64,000 bases of DNA. Source: Spirochaetia bacterium. GTDB taxonomy: Bacteria; Spirochaetota; Spirochaetia; DSM-27196; Salinispiraceae. The stretch covers positions 352,001 through 416,000 of the forward strand of contig JBBRCZ010000001.1 of the NCBI GenBank assembly GCA_038204425.1. Reading direction: 5' to 3'. The position numbers and the translations under genes are program-made. Below the pieces are notes generated by a model that had not been told where the DNA came from, did not search any database, and saw only the letters and a program-made list of their open reading frames with translations. Below are positions 38,722 through 48,871 of the stretch, piece by piece; positions within the stretch are counted from its first letter, which is position 1; each line of letters opens with the position of its first letter.

Positions 38722-40023
38722 ATGGACAGAATAATTCAATGGAACCAACTTGATGAGGCAGAGAAAAAGCGGCTATTGGATCGCAGCGAAGCCGACATTA
38801 GCAAGGCATTGGCTGGTGCGCAAGAGATTATTGAAGCAGTTAGATTAGAGGGTGATCAAGCAATAGCACGCTTTTGCGTAAAATTTGACTACCACGGTGC
38901 CAAGGCTGATAATCTTTGGGTAAGTCCGGGCGAGTTTGATCACGCTATTGCGGAATTGGACCAAAGTGTAAAAACAGCACTCGACATCGCTATGGCAAAT
39001 ATCAGCAAATTTCACCAAGAACAAGTACCGCACTCTTCCCAGCCAATAGAAATAAGCCCTGGCCTTACGGCAATTGAACGTTGGGTACCGTTGGACAAAG
39101 TGGCACTGTATGTGCCTCATGGAAAAGGAAGTTTTCCTTCTATGCTCTACATGCTGGCCATACCAGCCAAACTGGCAGCAGTAAAAGAGATTATTGTGGC
39201 CAGTCCACCCAATTCTGACGGTAGTATGGATGCGGCTTGCCTCTATGTTGCGCGAAGTTGTGGAATTAATCGCGTGTTAAAGGTTGGCGGCGCGCAAGCG
39301 ATTGCCGCTTTGGCACTGGGTACTCAAACTATTCCCAAGGTAGACAAGATAGTCGGGCCTGGAAGCAGCTGGGTGAGCGCAGCTAAGCGCCTACTGGGAC
39401 ATATAGTCGACACTGGACTTCCTGCCGGCCCAAGTGAGTCGATGGTCTTGCTTGGTAAAAACGCCCGACTGGACTTGGTAGCCTTGGATCTCATGATAGA
39501 GGCCGAACATGGGCCGGATTCCCAGGCTTTTGCTGTGACTTGGGACCTAAACACTGCAAAAGCAATTGTCGACCAAATTGAAAGTTTGCTGCCCAAGATC
39601 GAAACCGGCCGACGAGCTTTTATCGAAACAGTTTTTTCTCGCTATGGAGCGGTTATAGTGGTAGACAGTGAGCAAGGAGCAATTGACTTAGTTAACCTCT
39701 ATGCGCCAGAGCATTTACAAATCCAAGGGGATGATGCTTCAGAACTAGCCACAAAAATAAAGCATGCTGGAGAAATTTTGCTGGGAAGTTGGCTGCCCTT
39801 CTCTCTGGCAAACTACGCTTGCGGACCAAATGCTGTCTTACCAACCGGAGGCAAAGCTCGCAGTTGGTCAGCAGTTTCGGTGCGCGACTTTATGCACAGT
39901 ATCAGCGTTATCAGCGCAAACGAGAGCGCCTTTAGGCACTTGGGTCCCCATGTTGCTGTCCTGGCCGACTATGAAGGTTTTTTTACCCACGCACTTGCTA
40001 TTAGATCCAGACTGGAAGAATGA
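38722..40023 (+). CDS. hisD: Histidinol dehydrogenase
   Basis: GGAQAIAALA, KIVGPG, PAGPSE, EAEHG, APEHL, GPNAVLPTGG. Confidence 0.9.
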   Translation: MDRIIQWNQLDEAEKKRLLDRSEADISKALAGAQEIIEAVRLEGDQAIARFCVKFDYHGAKADNLWVSPGEFDHAIAELDQSVKTALDIAMANISKFHQEQVPHSSQPIEISPGLTAIERWVPLDKVALYVPHGKGSFPSMLYMLAIPAKLAAVKEIIVASPPNSDGSMDAACLYVARSCGINRVLKVGGAQAIAALALGTQTIPKVDKIVGPGSSWVSAAKRLLGHIVDTGLPAGPSESMVLLGKNARLDLVALDLMIEAEHGPDSQAFAVTWDLNTAKAIVDQIESLLPKIETGRRAFIETVFSRYGAVIVVDSEQGAIDLVNLYAPEHLQIQGDDASELATKIKHAGEILLGSWLPFSLANYACGPNAVLPTGGKARSWSAVSVRDFMHSISVISANESAFRHLGPHVAVLADYEGFFTHALAIRSRLEE

Positions 40024-40029
40024 AGACCT

Positions 40030-41436
40030 ATGTCAATCGATGCTGTAAACAGTGAGTTCACTTGGTTCGAAAGCTTTGTCAACTTTGAGCGCAGTCCAGT
40101 AGAGGCAGGCGAGTATCGGCTCGATCGAATGGCGAAAATGCTTGATTTTTTTGCAAATCCACATTTCTGTACTCCCTGTATCCACATTGCTGGTTCCAAA
40201 GGTAAAGGTTCTATTGCTCACCATATCGCAGTCATGGCAAAGAGCTTAGGTTTGCGTGTGGGAGTATATGCGTCTCCTCATTTGGTCGACTACCGAGAAA
40301 GAATCTATTCAGGCGAGGGTTTTTTTGCAGATCCACTTTACTTAGAGGCTATAGAACGAATCAAAAGTTTTGTCTCAAGCTCAACACTTGATCAATGGGG
40401 TCTCGGTCAGCCTACTTGTTTTGAATTGCTTACGCTATGTGCCTTCTTGGTCTTTGAATCGGCGCAGTTAGATTTAATGATTATCGAGACAGGTTTGGGT
40501 GGTAGACTTGACGCCAGCAACCTTGTTAACCCAGAAGTATGCGTAATTAGTTTGTTGGAACTTGAACATACCGACATTCTTGGTCCACGAATAGAAGACA
40601 TAGCGCGCGAAAAGGCAGGGATTTTTAAATCCGGCGCCCATTTGTTGAGTGCAGAACAAGTTATTAGTGCTCACCAGGTTCTTGACAGAAAAGCCAGCGA
40701 ACTGGGAACCAAGGTAGAGTATGTTAAAACTCAAATTGAAAGAAATCCTGCTAAAACCCAAGCGGAAAGTATAGAGGCTTGGATAGAGGCCGATGAATGC
40801 TTTGGCCCAATTTTAATAGCGTTTCAAGCGCCGTTTCAGGCACAAAATCTTGGCCTGGCAGCAAGAGCTCTTTTTATGCTGTTCAAGCGCTTAGCTGACC
40901 AAGGCCAATTCTCTAGAAAAACCACCACAGTGATGCCCTCAAGTGATATGTGGCAGCATGCAATCCAGCTTGCAGCGGCAACAAAACTGCCTGGTCGACT
41001 TGAAGTGCTTAAACAAGCTGAAGGTAAAATCTACATCTTCGATGGTAGTCATACGGTAAACTCAGTCGCTGCAGCAATTGAATATGCGCAGAAAACTAAT
41101 CGCTCCCGAGGAGGGCGACTATTTATCTTGTTTTCTCTGGCGGCAGGAAAAAAGATGGAAGAAATTGTAACCCTGCTTGCCGGCTCTGGTGCGCAGATTA
41201 CCGTTACCAGTACCGGAAGCTTTAAGAAATCTGACCCTCAGGCCTTGTTTGACTACTTAAAAAGTACAAGTTCCGGTGCGAAATTAGCCAAATTAGAACC
41301 TGATCCGGGTCTGGCCTTTGCTGAAATTAGCTCTAGTTTAAAGCCAAATGACACATTGTTAGTTTGCGGTTCTTTTTATCTGCTGGGCGCCGTTTTAAGC
41401 CAGATTAAAGCAATAGAAGCATCGTATGTCACTTAA
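40030..41436 (+). CDS. folC: Folylpolyglutamate synthase/dihydrofolate synthase
   Basis: IHIAGSKGKGS, SPHL, ETGLGGRLDASN, EKAGI, PGRLE, DGSH, GSFYL. Confidence 0.93.
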   Translation: MSIDAVNSEFTWFESFVNFERSPVEAGEYRLDRMAKMLDFFANPHFCTPCIHIAGSKGKGSIAHHIAVMAKSLGLRVGVYASPHLVDYRERIYSGEGFFADPLYLEAIERIKSFVSSSTLDQWGLGQPTCFELLTLCAFLVFESAQLDLMIIETGLGGRLDASNLVNPEVCVISLLELEHTDILGPRIEDIAREKAGIFKSGAHLLSAEQVISAHQVLDRKASELGTKVEYVKTQIERNPAKTQAESIEAWIEADECFGPILIAFQAPFQAQNLGLAARALFMLFKRLADQGQFSRKTTTVMPSSDMWQHAIQLAAATKLPGRLEVLKQAEGKIYIFDGSHTVNSVAAAIEYAQKTNRSRGGRLFILFSLAAGKKMEEIVTLLAGSGAQITVTSTGSFKKSDPQALFDYLKSTSSGAKLAKLEPDPGLAFAEISSSLKPNDTLLVCGSFYLLGAVLSQIKAIEASYVT

Positions 41437-42859
41437 CCACCAAGAGATTGATCTAATTCTTTCGGAATGGCAGATACAAGGGTATATCTTGCAGAATGTT
41501 ATTCAAACTGACTACGAAAACTTTTATTTTGAATGGTTCAAGAGTCCTATTAGCGTCTGGATGCACATTTGTTTGGCAAGTTCTCTTACTCGAATCCAGC
41601 TTGGTCGCCCACCGCAAAAACCAAAAGGCGCGCAACCGCGCTTTTCTGAATTTCTGCGCGCCAATTTAAAAGGGGCATACCTAAACCACTTTGAGCACAA
41701 TGACAGCAATCGAATTGTCATTTTTGACTGTTCTATCGACGGAACAGCGTATCGATTGATGGCACGTCTTTGGTCTAACAATGCCAATATACTTCTGCTT
41801 GATAAGGAACAAAACATCTTGGATGCAGCCTTCCGCCGACCAAGCAAAGGTGAAATCCAAGCAGCGCCCTATAGCGCTCCAATTAGGAGGGAGCCAAACA
41901 AACTTGCAGGGTTTAGCATCCGTCTATGGCAATCTAAGCAAGTAATAGACTTCCCCCATCCTTTTAATCGCTATATTGAGGAAAGTTACCAAAATCTTGA
42001 ATCATCCAATGCATTGAAGCAAATGCGAGAGCAATGTTTATCACTGTGGTCTCAGGTACTTAAGAAGTCTAGTAGTCGACACGATGCACTTCAAAAACAA
42101 CTTACATTGAGCAAATCTCACGAACGATGGAAAGAACTCGGCGATCTTCTTTTATCAAATCTTGCTTGCTATCAAAGTGGCATGTCGTGGATAGAACTGG
42201 AGGATTGGCACACCAGTACTTTGGTTAAAGTTCCGCTTGACCCCAAAATAGACGCTAAAACCAACGCAGAACACTATTACCAGCGCTATCGCAAGGCGCG
42301 GGATTCATTGGCTTTTGTATCAGAAGACCTACTAAGACAAGAAAAAACAATAGAGCAGCTTAAACAAATGGAAAGTGAGCTGCGAACCAGCTCAGATCTT
42401 GCTAAGCTGCGCGATTATAAAGAGCAAATCGAGGCTCTTGTACAGCGCATTAAAAAGACCACTGCTCAAGTGGCCCAAACACGACCAGGGGCAAGCTTTG
42501 TTTTGTGGGGCCACACGGTCTATATTGGCCGCAATGCCCAAGAAAGCGACACGCTACTTAGACACTTTTCTCGTGGCAATGATTTTTGGCTGCACGTGCG
42601 TGATATCCCTGGCGGCCATGTATTTATTAAAACTATGCGTGGAAAAACCCCTCCACTTGAGCTGCTTTTGGATGCCGCGCATCTTGCTGTTTGGTATAGT
42701 AAGGCAAAACACTTTGCCGAGGCTGATCTGATATATACTCAAGTTAAGTATTTGCGCCGCGCCAAGCACGGTGCGCTCGGAAGCGTTATTCCGAGCCAAG
42801 AGAAAAATTTGCACCTTAGGGTCGACTCCAAAAGACTCAAACAATTGCTAGAATCTTGA
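41426..42859 (+). CDS. NFACT family protein (RqcH/FbpA-like)
   Basis: MSL start, NANILL, NAEHYYQRYRK, IGRNAQES, DFWLHVRDIPGGHV, YTQVKYL. Confidence 0.88.
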   Translation: MSLNHQEIDLILSEWQIQGYILQNVIQTDYENFYFEWFKSPISVWMHICLASSLTRIQLGRPPQKPKGAQPRFSEFLRANLKGAYLNHFEHNDSNRIVIFDCSIDGTAYRLMARLWSNNANILLLDKEQNILDAAFRRPSKGEIQAAPYSAPIRREPNKLAGFSIRLWQSKQVIDFPHPFNRYIEESYQNLESSNALKQMREQCLSLWSQVLKKSSSRHDALQKQLTLSKSHERWKELGDLLLSNLACYQSGMSWIELEDWHTSTLVKVPLDPKIDAKTNAEHYYQRYRKARDSLAFVSEDLLRQEKTIEQLKQMESELRTSSDLAKLRDYKEQIEALVQRIKKTTAQVAQTRPGASFVLWGHTVYIGRNAQESDTLLRHFSRGNDFWLHVRDIPGGHVFIKTMRGKTPPLELLLDAAHLAVWYSKAKHFAEADLIYTQVKYLRRAKHGALGSVIPSQEKNLHLRVDSKRLKQLLES

Positions 42860-42872
42860 AACAAATAAGCGC

Positions 42873-42901
42873 TTGTGAAGCCGACGATCATGTATCATAC
42901 T
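42873..42901 (+). promoter_or_regulatory. sigma70-like promoter, leaderless-type spacing
   Basis: TTGTGA, 17-nt spacer, CATACT, 6 nt, ATG at 42908. Confidence 0.45.
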
Positions 42902-42907
42902 TTGACT

Positions 42908-43732
42908 ATGACCGAGAAAGCAGAAACTATGGTTCGTGAAGCAATGCTTGAAGGAATGTTCTACCCCTCTGACGAGAAAGAACTAAGAAGTTTGGTAGCC
43001 TCACTTTTGGCACGTAGAACCCTTGCCAGCAACAACAATGCCCAGATCATCATATGCCCCAAGGCTTCCTATTTTACTAGTGGAGAACAAATAGCACTTG
43101 GGTACCTATCATTGGGCACCCAAACTTTTGATAGAATCATAATTTTGTCTGACACAAATCACTATCAGCATGATGGAATTCATTTACCTGAGTCGACAAT
43201 CTTTAGGACACCTTTGGGTGATTCCCTGCTTGATGAAGATTTTGTCAGAAGTATCCAGCAGAGTTCTACCTTGGCGGAAATGGATGATATTCCACATTTG
43301 CATGAGTCGGGCATAGAAATCCAACTGCCTTTTGTTCAATACCTTTACCCTCAAGCTCGTCTGGTACCAATTTTGGTGTCTGGCTGCCGTGATTCATTGC
43401 GAAGAGCCTTACTTTCAACTATTAAAGTAGCCAGCAGCGAAGCACCCTGTAAGCAGTTGATTATTGTTAGTACCAATCTTTCACTTAAACCTCCACTAGA
43501 AACGGGTCTATCCGATGTCAATCGCGTACTTACTTACTTGAAGTCAGGTGACCACCAAGCCATTTTGGCAATGACACAGAGAGCTATCAACTGCCAAGCC
43601 CTCTGCCTAATTGCTTTTGCAGCGTCACTTTCAATAGACAAAGAGTTAAAAATTCTGGATTATACTCATGCAAGTGAAGAGGACGAAATAACCAGCAAAG
43701 ATAGCACATTGATCTCTGCCGTTTTGAGTTAA
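42908..43732 (+). CDS. MEMO1 / AmmeMemoRadiSam protein B-like, degenerate
   Basis: VREAMLEGMFYP, FRTPLG, IEIQLPFVQ, VSTNLS; canonical His residues missing. Confidence 0.8.
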   Translation: MTEKAETMVREAMLEGMFYPSDEKELRSLVASLLARRTLASNNNAQIIICPKASYFTSGEQIALGYLSLGTQTFDRIIILSDTNHYQHDGIHLPESTIFRTPLGDSLLDEDFVRSIQQSSTLAEMDDIPHLHESGIEIQLPFVQYLYPQARLVPILVSGCRDSLRRALLSTIKVASSEAPCKQLIIVSTNLSLKPPLETGLSDVNRVLTYLKSGDHQAILAMTQRAINCQALCLIAFAASLSIDKELKILDYTHASEEDEITSKDSTLISAVLS

Positions 43733-43788
43733 TTTCAATAGTCGATTGCTTGCGAATTTTATAAATTTGCCCTTTGCGGAGACGTTTT

Positions 43789-45207
43789 TTGAACACTGAA
43801 CTGATTGCTCCATTGCTATACCTTTGCCAAGACGGGGGCCAACGCTTCACTGGAATCGATATTGGACCAGTGCTCAGTGTCTATCCAACGAGAACCAATC
43901 AACTGCAGAGTCAGAGCTGTTTGTTATTCGAACACGGTTCTATGAAAGAGCTGCCGGTTCATAGCATTGTTCGCCAAGATGGCCGGCTTTTGTTGCTGAT
44001 AGTAGAACACAAGTGCCTTTCCTGTCTTGCATTTTTTGAAACGCAAGACTCTTATGAGGCGACAGAACGAGTACTTGAAATTGTGGACGCACTAAATGCG
44101 CACTCAATGCCCGAGCAACTTTTTGTAAATGGCATGGTCATGTCCTCAATCATTTTGCTCGAAGAATCAGGATTCATCTTATTGTCAGGAAAACTTGCGG
44201 ACTTTCAGCGTTCACTCTTACCACCAGAAGAAAAGTTTCTCTGTTTTGAAAAGTTTCATAATCCTGCCCTTGCTGGCCAAACTCAACTAAGCTTTGCTTT
44301 GGCCGTCAAGATCTATCAACTTGCCTTTGGCCAAGTACCTTATACTGGAAAAAGAAGCGAGTATACTCACAACATGATACACGGCAATGGCCTGGCAAGT
44401 TCCGCGTTCGTGCTGCTCAAAGAAAGGGCAATTCAAGAGCAGTTTGACGCCTTGATAGAAGCACGCTTGGCAAGCTACCGTTTTGCTGATCTCAAAGCCT
44501 TTATTGAGCAAGTCAGGCTGGTTTCACTTGCCCAGATTAAACCCAAAGAAGAAATTCTGGCGGAAAGTGCCAATCCGTTTGTCAAAAGATACAAAAGTCG
44601 GCAGCGTTTTATCAGATTCAAAAATTCTCTCAATGAAAAGAAAATATTGGTCGCCTCGCTTAGTGTCTTCTTGATATTTGTAGTTAGCGTGCTTTGGTCG
44701 ATGATTTCTCCCAACTTCCGGGAACCTCTAACGATTGGTCTGGATGCCCATGACTTGGTCTACGCTTACTTCCAGGCTTTTGACGACTTTGACGGTGACT
44801 TTCTGCGCGACGCCTTGAGTAACGATGAAGAAGCAAAAGTCAATGACTATATAACTTCACTTTTTGTCTTGGAACGTCTGCGTATAGTCAGTGATGGGAT
44901 AGATACACGTATGCCCATTGAGCGTTGGTTGGAACTTAAAAAGCCGCTTCTCCATAGCAAAATAGTTTTGTTTGGTTCGCACAATTTTAAAATTGTCCGT
45001 GAACGTGTGCTAAGTGAACAGAGATTTGAATTTGAAGTCGTTTATGATTTTTACAACAATCTCAATCAAAATGCATCACCAGAAAGTCTTGAGTTGTCAA
45101 AGGTTTCGATTGAAAGGCGTCACGAACTACTAGAACTCAAAAAAATTGAAGTAAATCGTTGGGAGATTACTAAAATTGATCGCCTAAATGTAGAACTACT
45201 GGAATAG
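43789..45207 (+). CDS. Bitopic membrane protein, possible pseudokinase-fold cytoplasmic domain
   Basis: SD GGAG before TTG at 43789; SFALAVKIYQLAFGQVPY; single TM; periplasmic domain. Confidence 0.6.
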   Translation: MNTELIAPLLYLCQDGGQRFTGIDIGPVLSVYPTRTNQLQSQSCLLFEHGSMKELPVHSIVRQDGRLLLLIVEHKCLSCLAFFETQDSYEATERVLEIVDALNAHSMPEQLFVNGMVMSSIILLEESGFILLSGKLADFQRSLLPPEEKFLCFEKFHNPALAGQTQLSFALAVKIYQLAFGQVPYTGKRSEYTHNMIHGNGLASSAFVLLKERAIQEQFDALIEARLASYRFADLKAFIEQVRLVSLAQIKPKEEILAESANPFVKRYKSRQRFIRFKNSLNEKKILVASLSVFLIFVVSVLWSMISPNFREPLTIGLDAHDLVYAYFQAFDDFDGDFLRDALSNDEEAKVNDYITSLFVLERLRIVSDGIDTRMPIERWLELKKPLLHSKIVLFGSHNFKIVRERVLSEQRFEFEVVYDFYNNLNQNASPESLELSKVSIERRHELLELKKIEVNRWEITKIDRLNVELLE

Positions 45208-46386
45208 TCCGACAAAGTACATTACCAACCCAGTGGCGAAAACTGCGGAACCCGAAATCGTGGTAATTTGGCCTATTGACTGTGATGTTGCAAGTTCAAA
45301 CCCAAACGTTGAGTTTCCAAAATGGTAGAAGCCGATTCCTACAAGATCCGCGGCTAAACCTAAACCTGCGACAATTAAACCGGCTTTCTTGAGTAGATCT
45401 GCTTGATCAACCATAGGTTTCTGCCTGATAGAAAAAACTTCACCACGCGACAATGGTTCGAGCTGATCAGCAAGACTGAGTGGCTTAGCGGCAAACGGAC
45501 TTGTTTCCGTAGTAAACGCACTTTGTCCGTCAACTTGGGACACTTGCGTTGAACCTTGCAAATAGGTTCTAACCAAGGTTGTTACATCTTCAGGTTTGCT
45601 TTGTGCATCAGGAATCCTGCGAAAGTCGACAAAAAAATCATTTTGTTTGGTGCTTGGCATGCTCACCTGGATCCTAGTTTTGCTTGGACTCCAAAATGCC
45701 TTGATCGAATCGGGAACTCGCTTGAGTGATAAGAAAACGGTGTCACCCAAAATTCTAGAATCCGCCGATGCGTCTGACGGTAAGATTCCTTTGTATACTA
45801 TGAAGGTATTAGCGGTGTCTAAACGCGCTGATTCAAAACTACTTGTTGCAGCTCCGTCTATAGGAACTCTGAGCGTCAAAAAGCCCTCAAGGCAATATAT
45901 CTGTGACTGTATGCCACCAGCCCCCCTAGATGAAGAAAGCACATCAAACCCAAACTCTGCAGTGGTTGTCCTTGCAGTCACCAAGTTACTGTTTATTGAA
46001 AAACGGTTCTTTGATCCATCATCGTTAATTCTTCCCTTAATGCGCCCATAGGTAAGGTTAATGCCAATCTCGTCGCCGTTTACTACAATTAAAAAACTGG
46101 TGTTCTCTGCAACATCAAATCGAGAAGTTCCAGGTAAGAACTGAATCTCAAGTCGAGTACCCGTACCTGTTTGAATAAAATCACCACTAAAAAGGCCAAG
46201 ACCAAGCAATTTGTCGTCTTGTGCTCCAAGACTAGTATAGATGCCATTTCTAAACAGTGAAAACTCAGAGCCTTCTGCAAACACAACTATCGCACGGATT
46301 GTACCGTCAATTGCTGTTTGAGACCATGAAAACCCGGTCAATAAAAGCGTAAAGAAGAATAGCAGTCCTATTCTAATTATTCTCAT
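45196..46386 (-). CDS. FecR-like domain protein with two C-terminal hydrophobic helices
   Basis: Signal peptide; GDFIQTG..TRLEI, VAENTSF, YGRIK, TARTTTAEFGFD, YCLEG. Confidence 0.65.
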   Translation of the reverse strand: MRIIRIGLLFFFTLLLTGFSWSQTAIDGTIRAIVVFAEGSEFSLFRNGIYTSLGAQDDKLLGLGLFSGDFIQTGTGTRLEIQFLPGTSRFDVAENTSFLIVVNGDEIGINLTYGRIKGRINDDGSKNRFSINSNLVTARTTTAEFGFDVLSSSRGAGGIQSQIYCLEGFLTLRVPIDGAATSSFESARLDTANTFIVYKGILPSDASADSRILGDTVFLSLKRVPDSIKAFWSPSKTRIQVSMPSTKQNDFFVDFRRIPDAQSKPEDVTTLVRTYLQGSTQVSQVDGQSAFTTETSPFAAKPLSLADQLEPLSRGEVFSIRQKPMVDQADLLKKAGLIVAGLGLAADLVGIGFYHFGNSTFGFELATSQSIGQITTISGSAVFATGLVMYFVGLFQ

Positions 46387-46460
46387 AGTATCCCCTAGAT
46401 AAGTATATATCTGTTTGGCACTGTCATGCTACCTTGAATTATCGACACACTATGGCTCTA

Positions 46461-46489
46461 TTGCCAATAGAATTGCTTAAGGATACTAT
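46461..46489 (+). promoter_or_regulatory. sigma70-like promoter, near-leaderless
   Basis: TTGCCA, 17-nt spacer, TACTAT, 8 nt, ATG at 46498. Confidence 0.5.
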
Positions 46490-46497
46490 TGAATACA

Positions 46498-47439
46498 ATG
46501 GATTTAGTTGGTGAGCAGATTAGTTTGTTGGGTCTGGATTCGACCATAGACTCCCTGTTTGTAAAGACACCGCTTCGAAATGATCTTGAGTATCATTTTT
46601 CACAAGGCGAAGAGTTTTTTATCAGAATTGATGCGCCCATCGATTTCCCTTCTTTGCCAATTCATCATGACTACCGACTAAAGAAAGCGACTGCGCTTGA
46701 GTACTCAGCTTACCGGCAGTTCTTCTGCGATCTTGCACCTTATTTGGGGCATTTTTTTGCAGGTATGCGTTACTTCTTTGACCCAAGTCACAATCAGAAA
46801 CCTTCCTTTGTTCAAGTGCTTAAGATCGAGGAACAACTCTATGCTTTTTTAATAAAAATTGACATGTCATACCGTGCCAGCCATGCGACGGTTACAAAAA
46901 AAGCAAGTAATGATATAAGCGCATCATTTAAGTCCTGTGATATCTTTTTGGAATCGGATCTCATTCCTTTGCGATCTTTGGACAATAAGGACGGCTCATA
47001 CATTACTTTGGCAGTCGATACCAGCATCTCAGAAACATGGGTTGGAGAGACTGGTCGTGGCTACTTTGTTCAGGGTATTTGGCTAGATCGGGAAATTTCA
47101 AGATTTATTTCTAAGCTCTTTGTGGCAAATGGTCACAAGATCTATCCTTTCTTTCCTTTGTTGTGCAAGTATAAAACAGTCTGTTTTCAAACTGTAGATA
47201 TGAGCCAAGATGGTCGTAAGCGAGGCTTGTCATTTCTTCATCAAGCTAGAAAATTTTTGAAAGACTATTTGTCACAGATTGAAGGCAGTATTAAGGACGA
47301 GGAATTTAGTGAAAATAATCCTGTTTTCGTAAAAATGAGACCTGATGTGCCCGTATCGCTGACCGACTACACAAAGACATTTAAGGTCAAAACATACCTT
47401 GATAAGGATGACCAGAAAGAATATGAAATCACATTTTGA
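46498..47439 (+). CDS. Conserved hypothetical protein
   Basis: Long ORF overlapping the murD start; motifs PIHHD, YFFDP, ISETWVGETGRGYFVQGIW. Confidence 0.7.
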   Translation: MDLVGEQISLLGLDSTIDSLFVKTPLRNDLEYHFSQGEEFFIRIDAPIDFPSLPIHHDYRLKKATALEYSAYRQFFCDLAPYLGHFFAGMRYFFDPSHNQKPSFVQVLKIEEQLYAFLIKIDMSYRASHATVTKKASNDISASFKSCDIFLESDLIPLRSLDNKDGSYITLAVDTSISETWVGETGRGYFVQGIWLDREISRFISKLFVANGHKIYPFFPLLCKYKTVCFQTVDMSQDGRKRGLSFLHQARKFLKDYLSQIEGSIKDEEFSENNPVFVKMRPDVPVSLTDYTKTFKVKTYLDKDDQKEYEITF

Positions 47440-48871
47440 TCCCTGCGAGCTCAATGGACTTAAGGCGACTGTAATGGGACTTGGCCTGCACGGTGGAGGA
47501 CTTGAATCTTGTCGGTTTTTGTTAAAACACGGCGCGCAACTTACTATTACCGATTTGAGAGACGAAAAAACACTCGCACCTTCTCTTGAAGCGCTTGCTG
47601 GTCACAATTTTAGATTGGTTTGTGGTCGCCACGAAGATCTGGACTTTAGCAATGCCGACCTTGTCATAAAGAATCCAGCAGTTAGACCAGGAAACAAATA
47701 TTTAGCTTTAGCACAGCGCATAGAAACCGACCTAAGCTTTTTTTTTGCAAGTGTCAAAAACCCGATACTGGCAATAACTGGCACTAAGGGAAAATCAACC
47801 TGTGCATCCGCCCTATTCTTCTGCTTAAAGTCGGTATTTCCTGATTCTCAACTTGGCGGCAACATTACGGTAAGTCCACTCAGCTTCTTGGATAAACTCG
47901 AGGCGGATGCACCAGTTGTACTAGAATTATCGTCGTTTCAATTGGGCGACCTGGTAGAGACGGGCTTGTATAAAGAAGGTCGCTTGCGATCTTTTCCACC
48001 ACGGCTGGCGATAATGACCCGCATCTTCAATGATCACTTAGATTACTACGGAACTATGGAACCCTATTTGAAGGACAAAGCTCAAATATTTTTGGGACAA
48101 AGCAAAGAACAGGATTGTCTATTTTTTGCAGAAGACGAAAAGACTACTCACTTTGCCAGTCAAAGCTCTGGGCGAGTTCACATGCTCGCCCTCCAAGGGG
48201 CTAAGTCAGGAAGCGAGTTTTGGTTAGAAGAATTTACGCCCAGCGAGGGCGAACTTTTTTCTGGACCGCGTGGCTATTACAAGAATCACGACTTGCTAGA
48301 AGAATTGGTCCCAAGAACATGCAAGATACTTGGACTACATCACCGTCAGAATCTCTTGGCAGCAGCCGCGGCCGCCCGAATTTTTGGCCTAAGCTCAGAG
48401 AAAATCAACAAAGTGATGTCAGAGTTTCCTGGAGTTGAACACCGACTCGAAACAGTCTGTGTCATCCATGGGAGAACCTTTGTTAATGACTCTGCGGCCA
48501 CTATTCCTGACGCTGCATTGGCGGCCGTTCAATCCTTTGGAACAGGAATTCACCTTATTACTGGTGGCACTGACAAAGCACTCGAGTTTTCGATCTACCT
48601 CACGCTTCATGAACATTGTAGTTCCATGAGACTTCTAAAAGGCAGCGCAAGTGACGCCATTTCAAAAACGCTGCAAGCGGCAGGTAAAAATTTTGAAGGT
48701 ATTTACGATAATTTGGAACTTTGTGTACATGATGCGTTTATGCAGTCAAAGGAAGGTGATATTATTATTTTGTCGCCTGGCTGCGCATCGTTTGGCCTGT
48801 TTCTCAATGAATTTGATCGCGGTAGCCAGTTTAAGGCAGTGGTAGAAAAGCTTAGCCAGTCGTTTAGTTAG
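47423..48871 (+). CDS. murD: UDP-N-acetylmuramoyl-L-alanine--D-glutamate ligase
   Basis: MGLGLHGGG, ITGTKGKST, LELSSFQL, DHLDY, HRLE, NDSAAT, LSPGCASF. Confidence 0.96.
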   Translation: MKSHFDPCELNGLKATVMGLGLHGGGLESCRFLLKHGAQLTITDLRDEKTLAPSLEALAGHNFRLVCGRHEDLDFSNADLVIKNPAVRPGNKYLALAQRIETDLSFFFASVKNPILAITGTKGKSTCASALFFCLKSVFPDSQLGGNITVSPLSFLDKLEADAPVVLELSSFQLGDLVETGLYKEGRLRSFPPRLAIMTRIFNDHLDYYGTMEPYLKDKAQIFLGQSKEQDCLFFAEDEKTTHFASQSSGRVHMLALQGAKSGSEFWLEEFTPSEGELFSGPRGYYKNHDLLEELVPRTCKILGLHHRQNLLAAAAAARIFGLSSEKINKVMSEFPGVEHRLETVCVIHGRTFVNDSAATIPDAALAAVQSFGTGIHLITGGTDKALEFSIYLTLHEHCSSMRLLKGSASDAISKTLQAAGKNFEGIYDNLELCVHDAFMQSKEGDIIILSPGCASFGLFLNEFDRGSQFKAVVEKLSQSFS

